Source: a virus. Taken from it: 13,663 bases of DNA. The translations under genes and the position numbers were made by a program. Positions 5,980-13,578 of the stretch are shown piece after piece; within the stretch, counting starts at the first letter, position 1; the number at the start of each line of letters is the position of its first letter. The stretch lies in the IMG/VR virus record IMGVR_UViG_3300045988_016520, positions 1 through 13,663 of that record; one strand, written 5' to 3'. The notes under the pieces were generated by a model that saw nothing but the letters and a program-made list of their open reading frames with translations, searched no databases and was not told the origin of the DNA.

Positions 5980-6213
5980 ATGGGTTGTTATATCATTTTC
6001 GCCCAATCTATCACAAACGCACGCGCGTACCTGCTGGCTGATTTGTGCGCTCGTTTGGGCATTGCCTATTATAGCGACTGGGCCGACGCCGACCACACGC
6101 GGCAGAGCTGCGCAGTGGGCCCAGTCACCAAAGGAGACAAAGACCTCATCGTTAAGTGTCTGGGACATGACACATATGTTGATATGGAGGCAACCAAAGT
6201 TGAAAATCAGTGA
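5980..6213 (+). CDS. Hypothetical protein (77 aa)
   Basis: ATG 5980 with gaaggagag (5964-5972). Its codon choice (gac, gcc, ctg, atc) matches neighbouring genes better than the overlapping frame does upstream of about 6200. Confidence 0.5.
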   Translation: MGCYIIFAQSITNARAYLLADLCARLGIAYYSDWADADHTRQSCAVGPVTKGDKDLIVKCLGHDTYVDMEATKVENQ

Positions 6214-6496
6214 AAAAGCGGCCCTCGCTATGGCCGGATATACCAAATCAGAGATCGAAGCTATGGAGAAGCCGCAGCCCGCGCCGCAGCCCGCGCCGCA
6301 GCAGTACGAGGGCCTTGAGACCCTGCTGCAGCAGCTTTTGCAGGGTCAGCAGACCACCGCCCAGGCAATGCAGACCATGACGCAGACGTTGCAGGCGAAC
6401 GCGCTGGGCCTTGGCATCCAGCAGCAGCCGACGGCAGATGCTGCCACTGTGACGGCCCGAATTATCGACCCGACCTATGGAAAGGAAGTGAAGTAA
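6200..6496 (+). CDS. Candidate scaffolding protein (98 aa, Q/A/L-rich helical)
   Basis: Immediately upstream of the capsid gene, with stop TAA 6494-6496 and capsid ATG at 6498. Similar size and position to phi29 gp7. Contains PQPAPQPAPQ then LETLLQQLLQGQQTTAQAMQTMTQTLQ. The start is uncertain: TTG 6200 lies 9 nt after ggagg (6186-6190), with alternatives ATG 6167 and ATG 6230. Confidence 0.55.
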   Translation: MKISEKAALAMAGYTKSEIEAMEKPQPAPQPAPQQYEGLETLLQQLLQGQQTTAQAMQTMTQTLQANALGLGIQQQPTADAATVTARIIDPTYGKEVK

Positions 6497-6497
6497 T

Positions 6498-7772
6498 ATG
6501 CCCCTTGGCATGGATTTTGCGGACATTGCCGCCATTTTGACCGAGATCAACAAACTGGCCACGGGCCAGACACCAACGTCGCCCATCGTGGACACGTCTA
6601 GTTTCGTTTCCGTGGCGCAGGCCACTTTGCTGACCGGCACCGACAACTACACCAAAGCGATCAGTCAGGTGCTGGGCCGTACCATTTTTGCCGTCCGCCC
6701 CTACGATGCCCCGCTCAAGCGCTTGCAGGTCACGGGCGACGACTGGTCGAACCATGTACGGAAGATCAATTTTTGCGACACTGACCCCGTCACCGACGAG
6801 GCGTGGGCGCTGCAAGACGGCCAGAGCGTGGACATGTACGAAGTCCACAAGCCCGAAGTGCTTCAGACAAACTACTACGGCCAGACCAATTACAGCCGCG
6901 TGTACACGCAGGCAGACACCCAGATGGAAGCAGCATTCAAGGGGCCCGAGGAACTGGCGCAGTTCTGGTCGTCCTTCGTGCTTCACCTGTCGAACCAGAT
7001 CGAGGCTGACCGGCGCAACCTTGCCAACAACCTGATGGCCAACCATCTGACCGGCATGACTGTGACCAGCCCCGACAGCGTCGTATATCTGCTTGATGAG
7101 TATAACGCCCAGCAGGGCACCCAGCTGACGGTGCAGGACGTCTACAAAGAAGCGAACTTCCCGGGGTTCGCAAAGTACGCTTATGGCCGTATCAACGATA
7201 TTTCCCGCCTGATGAAAGAGCGCTCCATCAATTGGCACCAAAATTGGAAGATCGGCAGCACGACGTACAACATTATGCGGCACACACCGTATGACAGACA
7301 GCACCTCTACCTGTACAGCGGCACGCAGAGTCAGATCGACGCCCGCGTGATTCCCGAGGTGTTCCATGACAACATGCTGAAGTATCGTGACGCCGAGCAG
7401 GTCACGTTCTGGCAGAACATCGACGAGCGGGAGACCATCTCCGCGACGCCTGTTGTGACCACTGCCGCCGGTGTGGCATCCAAGAATGCCGCGGTGCAGC
7501 TGTCGAATGTGTTTGGCTGCCTGCTGGATTGGGACGCCATCGGCTACACTCCGAAGCTGTCCCGTGTGGTCCCGACCCCCATGAACGCCCGTGGCCTGTA
7601 TACAAATTTCTGGTATCACTACGGTTGGTCGTGGTACGATGACTTCACCGAGAACGCCGTTCTGTTCCTGATGACCGCCGAAGACGTCACCGCGCCCAGT
7701 ACGGGCAAAGCATCCAGAGCCTCCACCCTGAAAACCACCACGCACAAGGACGAAGACCCCTCGAAGTCCTGA
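6498..7772 (+). CDS. Major capsid protein, phi29 gp8-like (424 aa)
   Basis: C-terminal signature NARGLYTNFWYHYGW resembles NPRGLYWNYYYH of phi29-type head proteins (from memory). The size, the position after the scaffold gene and the strong terminator downstream all fit. This is the most GC-rich gene in the window. Confidence 0.85.
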   Translation: MPLGMDFADIAAILTEINKLATGQTPTSPIVDTSSFVSVAQATLLTGTDNYTKAISQVLGRTIFAVRPYDAPLKRLQVTGDDWSNHVRKINFCDTDPVTDEAWALQDGQSVDMYEVHKPEVLQTNYYGQTNYSRVYTQADTQMEAAFKGPEELAQFWSSFVLHLSNQIEADRRNLANNLMANHLTGMTVTSPDSVVYLLDEYNAQQGTQLTVQDVYKEANFPGFAKYAYGRINDISRLMKERSINWHQNWKIGSTTYNIMRHTPYDRQHLYLYSGTQSQIDARVIPEVFHDNMLKYRDAEQVTFWQNIDERETISATPVVTTAAGVASKNAAVQLSNVFGCLLDWDAIGYTPKLSRVVPTPMNARGLYTNFWYHYGWSWYDDFTENAVLFLMTAEDVTAPSTGKASRASTLKTTTHKDEDPSKS

Positions 7773-7777
7773 CCGGC

Positions 7778-7809
7778 ACCGGCGGGCGTTTGCCCGCCGG
7801 TTATTTTAT
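7778..7809 (+). terminator. Strong intrinsic terminator after the capsid gene
   Basis: 10-bp stem accggcgggc (7778-7787) / gcccgccggt (7792-7801) with loop gttt, followed by tattttat. It merges into the shared box ttattttataggagg (7801-7815). Confidence 0.8.
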
Positions 7810-7821
7810 AGGAGGTGCAAA

Positions 7822-9225
7822 ATGCAAGCTACATTTTACCAGTTTGCAAAGCGCACAAACAGCACAAAACGGCCCAGCGGTGGGCAGGAGTTCGGAATTG
7901 ACCTTAAAGCCCCTTGCAATATCATTGACCCAGAGATCAAAATTGCAACGCAGAGCGACCCCACCGTGTTCAATTATTGTTACCTTCCTACGTTCAGCCG
8001 GTACTACTGGGTGAAGAACTGGACATATTCGGACGGGCTCTGGAATGCCTCGCTGACTGTTGACACGCTGGCAAGCTATCGCGACCAGATCGGAAATAGT
8101 ACGGAGTATGTCACAAGATCGTCGGCGCAGTATGATGGTACAATTTCAGATGGACTTTACCCGGCATCGGCTAAAGTGCAAAGTGTAACAACCGCTTTTC
8201 AAGGGGGCTTCGCGGAAACAATTAGTGGGGGATTCTTTGTTATTGGGTTTATAGCTAAAGCCGCAAACTCCATCGGGGCTATTACATATGTAGTAATGAC
8301 CCCCACAAATGCTAAAAAACTATCTGCAAAATTGCTGACTGATGTGTCATACCTTAGTATTGATAACTCCGAAATCAGCGACAATTTGACAAAGGTCCTT
8401 TTCAATCCGTATCAGTATATCGTAAGTTGCAACTATTTTCCATTTGACATCGCTAAACTCACCGCGCATTTGCCGCTTGTGGCTAAGATCGATGTGGGGT
8501 GGTGGTCTGTGGATGTACCTGGCTGGATTTTGGGCGAAGATAACAATAACTTCAAAAAATCGGTAAGTGTGACTGTACCGAAGCACCCCCAGGCGGCAAA
8601 TCGTGGCGAGTATTGCAATGTTGCCCCTTACACGGATTACACTATTTATTTGCAGCCCTTTGGAGTGATACCCCTTGATGCCTCTAAAATGTGGGGGGCT
8701 GCCACATTATCTATACAATATGTGGCGGACCTTTTCACCGGTGACAGCGTACTGCGCATATTTACCAATGGTAACCAGCTGGTATACGAGACAACCGCAA
8801 AACTAGGTGTATCGGTGCAGCTGTCAAATATTAACTTTGGTATCCCCTCCGGCAGTGGGGGTCTTTTGCAAACTGGTATTGCTGCAGCGTTTGGAGGTCT
8901 ACAAGCGGCATTATCTGGCGGAACTTTATCGGACGTCGGAAATGGTATTTTAAATGCCGCCCAAGCAACAAATGCGGATGTCGCAAGCAAGGGCGCCACA
9001 GGGTCGACAATAGCCTTTGATACAATACCCTATATGGTAGCCCGGTTTAAAATTCTTGTGGACGACAACAATGAGGACCACGGCAGGCCCCTTTGCCAGC
9101 GCGTCCAGCTGTTCAGTATTCCGGGGTTCATTATGGTAGATGACCCCGACATCGCATTAACCGCGACTGCCGCCGAGATTGACAGCGTTAAAAGTTATAT
9201 GAAAAATGGATTCTTTTTAGAGTAG
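7822..9225 (+). CDS. Tail knob / distal tube protein, phi29 gp9-like (467 aa)
   Basis: N-terminal pattern NYCYLPTFSRYYWV...LTVDTLASY parallels gp9 YIMFQN..WFYAFV...EIDVLQTW. A Gly/Ala-rich hydrophobic loop (GGLLQTGIAAAFGGLQAALSGG) is followed by GSTIAFD and a C-terminal EIDSVKSYMKNGFF, as in gp9 (comparison from memory). Confidence 0.7.
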   Translation: MQATFYQFAKRTNSTKRPSGGQEFGIDLKAPCNIIDPEIKIATQSDPTVFNYCYLPTFSRYYWVKNWTYSDGLWNASLTVDTLASYRDQIGNSTEYVTRSSAQYDGTISDGLYPASAKVQSVTTAFQGGFAETISGGFFVIGFIAKAANSIGAITYVVMTPTNAKKLSAKLLTDVSYLSIDNSEISDNLTKVLFNPYQYIVSCNYFPFDIAKLTAHLPLVAKIDVGWWSVDVPGWILGEDNNNFKKSVSVTVPKHPQAANRGEYCNVAPYTDYTIYLQPFGVIPLDASKMWGAATLSIQYVADLFTGDSVLRIFTNGNQLVYETTAKLGVSVQLSNINFGIPSGSGGLLQTGIAAAFGGLQAALSGGTLSDVGNGILNAAQATNADVASKGATGSTIAFDTIPYMVARFKILVDDNNEDHGRPLCQRVQLFSIPGFIMVDDPDIALTATAAEIDSVKSYMKNGFFLE

Positions 9226-9237
9226 GAGGCATAAACG

Positions 9238-9789
9238 ATGGCAGTATATAAACAGTGCATTACTGATGTATCACCGATCAGAGTGACCGCCGGTTATCCT
9301 GCATACCAGGATGGCAGCCCTCACCGGGGCATTGACACAGTCCACGGAGATCATAAAGCCTACGCGCCCGAGGCGGGCGTTGTGGTCGTGGCTCAGCACT
9401 GGAATGGCAGCACCTCGGGCGACCAGTCATGGGGTAACATGATTAAAGTGCGGATGGCCGACGGCACGACATGGCGGGCCGCGCACTTCGCTACGCAAAT
9501 TTGGAACGTGGGCGACACGATCTCTAAGGGGCAATTCATCGGCACACAGGGCGATACCGGCTACGTTACGGGCATACACACGCACTGGGAATATGCCGAT
9601 GCCGCCGGAAACCTGAGGGACCCGTCCAGCATTATCAGAATCCCGAATCAGGTGGGGACATGGGACGTAGAGTGGGACTCGGGCGGGGGCCCTGGCCCGG
9701 GTCCCGGGCCGGGTCCCGGGCCGTGGCCTACTGGCAAATTGCCGGTATGGTTGCTGTTTAAGATGGCGAAGGGAGGTCGTCTGTTGTGA
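9238..9789 (+). CDS. M23 family (LytM-like) peptidoglycan endopeptidase with a (GP)n linker and short C-terminal amphipathic tail (183 aa)
   Basis: Zinc-ligand motifs HxxxD (HRGID) and HxH (HTHWE). GGGPGPGPGPGPGPWP is encoded at 9682-9729. The C-terminal tail is TGKLPVWLLFKMAKGGRLL. RBS aggagg lies upstream of ATG 9238. Confidence 0.85.
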   Translation: MAVYKQCITDVSPIRVTAGYPAYQDGSPHRGIDTVHGDHKAYAPEAGVVVVAQHWNGSTSGDQSWGNMIKVRMADGTTWRAAHFATQIWNVGDTISKGQFIGTQGDTGYVTGIHTHWEYADAAGNLRDPSSIIRIPNQVGTWDVEWDSGGGPGPGPGPGPGPWPTGKLPVWLLFKMAKGGRLL

Positions 9790-10727
9790 GTGCTCCCTAC
9801 AGCTACGAACAGATTAACGCCCATGTGTCGCCGGTGACTCCCTCTGTGATGCACACAAAAGGAAATAGCCTGTCCTATTATTTCCGCAAGTATCTATTTC
9901 TTGAGGCCGTGTCTATGGTCCGATGGACATTGCCCGAAACATGGCCCAGTAACCGCTTGCAGTATCTTGTCTTTGGCTCGGGTGGTGTTACGGTGTTTAA
10001 CACTGACCGCTATGGCTTAGTCTATGACAGAATGGGACTAACCGGCCTTAACATCTTCTACAATCCCACACACTCCATCATTGCAAACCCTTTTATCAAA
10101 GGGTCCCCATATTTGCAGATCGGAAAGCAATGCGAGATCATCAATTTACAGCCCGATTACCGCGGAATGGTTGATATTGTGGCATATTATGGGGACATGA
10201 TGGCACTTGCCGCCCAGACCATCCAGAGCAATTTAATCAATAGCCGACTTGCCTACGTGTTTGCGGCAGGCAACAAAGCGGGTGCAGAATCTTTCAAAAA
10301 GATGTTTGACGAAATTATGCAGGGCGACCCCGCTGTATTCGTTGATTCGTCTTTGCTCAAAGCACCCAAGAATGGGGCATCCGGGCAGGCCCCATGGATG
10401 TATTTTGCAACTGACCTTAAAGGGAACTTCATCACCAACGAACTGCTTACAGCCCTTAAAACCATTAAAGCACTGTTCGATACCGAGGTAGGCATCCCCA
10501 ACACGAATACCAGCAAGAAAGAACGGATGCTAACCGATGAAGTCAATTCAAACAACGTCGAAACAGCTGCCAAAGCGTCGCTCTGGTTGGATAGCTTGCA
10601 GCGTGGTTGTGAGCGGGTACACAAACTGTTTGGAATTGACAAGTCTACTTTGTGGGTTGACTGGCGTTTTCCGCCCGATACTAATACGCAGGAGGTGAAC
10701 AACGATGCACGCGACCTTGAGCTTTAA
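9786..10727 (+). CDS. Portal / connector (upper collar) protein, phi29 gp10-like (313 aa)
   Basis: KKERMLTDEVNSNN matches the gp10 signature KKERMVTDEVSSN (from memory). The size is close to gp10 (about 309 aa). GTG start in a GTGA overlap with the M23 gene, 9 nt after ggagg (9772-9776). Confidence 0.85.
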   Translation: MSAPYSYEQINAHVSPVTPSVMHTKGNSLSYYFRKYLFLEAVSMVRWTLPETWPSNRLQYLVFGSGGVTVFNTDRYGLVYDRMGLTGLNIFYNPTHSIIANPFIKGSPYLQIGKQCEIINLQPDYRGMVDIVAYYGDMMALAAQTIQSNLINSRLAYVFAAGNKAGAESFKKMFDEIMQGDPAVFVDSSLLKAPKNGASGQAPWMYFATDLKGNFITNELLTALKTIKALFDTEVGIPNTNTSKKERMLTDEVNSNNVETAAKASLWLDSLQRGCERVHKLFGIDKSTLWVDWRFPPDTNTQEVNNDARDLEL

Positions 10728-11370
10728 CGGGTTGTTGGCAGGATACCCGGAGCTGTTCGACGACTTGAAAGTCCCTGACAGTGTATCTAAAGATACTGTC
10801 TGCAATCAATTACTGTTTGATACGCTGGAATTAGAGGTACTATATGCAGACGGCCCAACAATGCGCCGGGCGATGGGCGTCTATTCTGAAACCATGCTCC
10901 CGAGCTGGACCCGGTACGCTGAGGCCCTGGGCCTTAAATACGATGCCTTGGCGTCGGATGACCGAACCAGAACCACCGACCACTCAGGGACCAGCATCGG
11001 CACAAACGGCGTCAAGGGAACGACAACCAGAGTGCCGAACTTGACCACCACTGGCCAGAATAACGGAAGTGACAGCACTACCCGGGATGTCACGGGGTTT
11101 GACAGCGGGACATTGCAAACCGCAGAGAGGAGCACTACGGCCCTCGGTACTGGGAACACCATTACCAGCAGCGGTACAGATACGACCACCACCGATCAGA
11201 CAACCACCTCGGAGTCGCACGACGGCTACAACGACACCGTGACCGAGAATGGCCGGGCAGGGCGAGACCCGCAAGACCTTATTGCAAAAGAGTTGGCCCT
11301 TGCAATGGAAAATGCAGTTCATAAAATCGTTACGGACATCCGGGCAAACTTTTGCCTGCTGGTATATTAA
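10705..11370 (+). CDS. Candidate lower collar / head-tail adaptor protein (221 aa) with a T/S/G-rich central region
   Basis: Sits directly after the portal gene, as phi29 gp11 does. ATG 10705 lies 9 nt after ggagg (10691-10695) and overlaps the portal gene by 23 nt. The assignment rests on synteny only. Confidence 0.45.
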   Translation: MHATLSFNGLLAGYPELFDDLKVPDSVSKDTVCNQLLFDTLELEVLYADGPTMRRAMGVYSETMLPSWTRYAEALGLKYDALASDDRTRTTDHSGTSIGTNGVKGTTTRVPNLTTTGQNNGSDSTTRDVTGFDSGTLQTAERSTTALGTGNTITSSGTDTTTTDQTTTSESHDGYNDTVTENGRAGRDPQDLIAKELALAMENAVHKIVTDIRANFCLLVY

Positions 11371-11383
11371 GGAGATGCAATAA

Positions 11384-13549
11384 ATGGGTATCATCAATCC
11401 TATTCACAAAGCACCCTACACCGACTTCCATGATCTCAATCTTGATTGGATTATTGAAGTGCTTAACGAATTTAACACCAAACTGACGGATTTCGTCAGT
11501 TTGGCCACGATCAAGTATGCAGACCCCCTCCAGTGGGACATTACAAATCAGTACGAAGCAAACACCGTGGTTGTGGACAGCAATGGCAACGCATATCTGT
11601 CTGTGAGGCCGGTGCCGTCCGGTGTCTCTCTGGACCGTACCGAGTTCTGGACAAAAATTGGCAATTTTGATGAGCTTTGGGCCGATGTGAAACGGGCCAT
11701 CACTCCCATCGATGAGGGCCACAGCCCCACCGCCACAGCCGATAGAGCTGTCAACGATCTTGTCTGGGTCGATGGGTCGCTGGTGCGCGTCACAAAAGCA
11801 ATGACCGCCGGTGACGCCTACGTGCCCGGCTCTAACTGCGTGAGCAGCTCCACAAATGAAGTCTTGCATTACCTTATCACGGCATTTAATGAGGGCCTGC
11901 GCGCCGAGCAGACGGCCCGGGAGGATGCCGACAGCGACCTCCAGACAGCCATCGACACCGAGAAACAGACCCGGGAGGATGCCGACAGCGACCTTCAGAC
12001 AGCCATCGACACTGAGAAACAGACCCGGGAGGATGCCGACAACCAGCTCCAGACGGCTATTGACGCGGAGCAGACGGCCCGGGAGAACGCCGACAACCAG
12101 CTACAAAATAGCATCAATCAAATGCAGACATATGTGTCGGCGCCGGGAGCAGGTATTAAAGCAAACGATCAGAGCGCAGCAGCACAAAATACATCGACGC
12201 TACAACAGCTGTTGGATGCCGGAAAAACAGTATATTTTCCAAGCGGAACATATTATATGTCCGCAGCCCTATATATGAAAAGAGGTTGCGGAATAATCGG
12301 CGAGAACATGCGAGACACCGCCCTTATATGGATTACCGCCAGCAATGGAATTATTTACGACCTCGAATACAAGGCCCCCAATACATACGATGACATTTAT
12401 TTTACGATTCGTATCGAATCGCTGGCGCTTTATGGAGTAGGGGCCATCAACGGGGCAGGATCCGGCATTTATATCCGTAACAAAACATGGATGGTCACGG
12501 CTAACCAAAATCACGAAGAATATCGCAAGATCAAAGGTGATTCCTATGCGCTGGAGTGCCGCAATAGTGTTATCAGGGACATTATTGTCTCTGGGTGGTC
12601 CATTGGAATCAATTCGAGCTTATATATTGCATATGTATCCATTATCAACGCTTTTGTGGATACCTGCGATTTGGGAATCGACGCAAAATTTTCTGATTCG
12701 GAATTATGTAATATTGTAGTGACTTTTTGCTATAATGGCGTTTTGTGCGAAACCGAGGCGAACAAATGGTGTAACCTGGCAATTAAGATGAATGGATGGC
12801 GTGCATCTTATGATGCTACGCACACCATTACGGGCTCAATCGCTTTACATTTGTATCACACAAAACGTGAACTATTTTGCAACACTGAGGTACAAGAGAG
12901 CTACGCTAATGGAGTAGTCGTCGAAGAAACAAGTAACAGCATCGTGTTTTCCGGATTATTGCTCGATGCAAATGGATTTAAGATTCCTGTAGGAACCGAG
13001 ACATTTGATATTGGTATCCAAATACTGGGAGGTTCCTACAATATTCGGGGCACGATCCTTGCTACAAACAAAAATGATGTAAAATGTCAGCGAGTCGGCA
13101 TTTATGTATCACCCGATTGCGGCAATATTGATCTCCAATATGCCGAATATGACCAACAGATTAGCGCATGGACCCTTGGCCGGAATACTTGCCGCAGCAT
13201 CACGACAGCTAAGATCAACAACATTACAAAGATTACAGCGACCAGCTTTACAAACGGGGCTGATGCAAGTTATGCATCTTTCGATGGTAGGAATTTGCAT
13301 ATTGCAATTCACGGCTATTTCATCGCTGATGTCCCTACAGACACAAAATTTTCAGTTGCGTCCGCGTTTGGTGATATACCTTTTGCAAGTCTCCCCGGTA
13401 ACGTTTACAGAGACATTTGTCTGTATAATTCTACTGACAACGCCCTTGTTCCTGCTGCATATGATAATACTACCGCAAGTGTTATCATTAAAGCCCCTGT
13501 ACCAACAGGTAAACAAATCAACTGTGAAATCACATTTGATATGCTTTAA
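11384..13549 (+). CDS. Tail fibre / appendage with a coiled-coil repeat region and a pectate-lyase-like beta-helix (putative depolymerase and receptor-binding protein, 721 aa)
   Basis: The N-terminal FHDLNLDWII motif is common in Firmicutes phage fibre N-termini (recollection). There are 4 x 18-aa repeats. AAAQNTSTLQQLLDAGKTVYFPSGTYYMS resembles the start of Pectate_lyase_3-type beta-helix domains. It occupies the position of phi29 gp12. Confidence 0.8.
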   Translation: MGIINPIHKAPYTDFHDLNLDWIIEVLNEFNTKLTDFVSLATIKYADPLQWDITNQYEANTVVVDSNGNAYLSVRPVPSGVSLDRTEFWTKIGNFDELWADVKRAITPIDEGHSPTATADRAVNDLVWVDGSLVRVTKAMTAGDAYVPGSNCVSSSTNEVLHYLITAFNEGLRAEQTAREDADSDLQTAIDTEKQTREDADSDLQTAIDTEKQTREDADNQLQTAIDAEQTARENADNQLQNSINQMQTYVSAPGAGIKANDQSAAAQNTSTLQQLLDAGKTVYFPSGTYYMSAALYMKRGCGIIGENMRDTALIWITASNGIIYDLEYKAPNTYDDIYFTIRIESLALYGVGAINGAGSGIYIRNKTWMVTANQNHEEYRKIKGDSYALECRNSVIRDIIVSGWSIGINSSLYIAYVSIINAFVDTCDLGIDAKFSDSELCNIVVTFCYNGVLCETEANKWCNLAIKMNGWRASYDATHTITGSIALHLYHTKRELFCNTEVQESYANGVVVEETSNSIVFSGLLLDANGFKIPVGTETFDIGIQILGGSYNIRGTILATNKNDVKCQRVGIYVSPDCGNIDLQYAEYDQQISAWTLGRNTCRSITTAKINNITKITATSFTNGADASYASFDGRNLHIAIHGYFIADVPTDTKFSVASAFGDIPFASLPGNVYRDICLYNSTDNALVPAAYDNTTASVIIKAPVPTGKQINCEITFDML
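11906..12121 (+). repeat. Four in-frame 54-bp tandem repeats inside the fibre gene
   Basis: Units start at 11906, 11960, 12014 and 12068. They encode EQTAREDADSDLQTAIDT, EKQTREDADSDLQTAIDT, EKQTREDADNQLQTAIDA and EQTARENADNQLQNSINQ. Units 1 and 2 are nearly identical at the DNA level. Confidence 0.95.
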
Positions 13550-13578
13550 TATCTAGGAATAGTTCCTATTTTGTGCCC

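Noticed and set aside
6062-6199. Longest-ORF start for the scaffold-like gene
   Set aside because: Codon usage is poor in this frame (ata, tcg, tta, agg). It fully overlaps the better-coding gene 5980-6213, and there is no RBS at 6062.
6462-7745. 427-aa ORF on the minus strand, the longest antisense ORF in the window
   Set aside because: It lies exactly antisense to the capsid gene. Its composition is G/R/V/H-rich and low in complexity, and it has no RBS. It is the typical stop-free shadow frame of a GC-rich, GC3-biased gene. Every supported gene in the window is on the + strand.
10881-11869. Minus-strand ORFs 10881-11192, 10984-11397 and 11330-11869
   Set aside because: They are antisense shadows of the lower-collar and fibre genes. 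They are rich in V/P/G/R and have no translation signals.
11906-12121. Regularly spaced 54-bp repeats as a possible CRISPR-like array
   Set aside because: The units are directly abutting with no spacers, are in frame, and encode a coiled-coil-like 18-aa repeat inside the fibre gene.
11856-12278. 140-aa + strand ORF in an alternative frame over the fibre repeats
   Set aside because: It is an R/P/T-rich low-complexity product generated by the repeat in the wrong frame. It is nested within the well-supported fibre gene.
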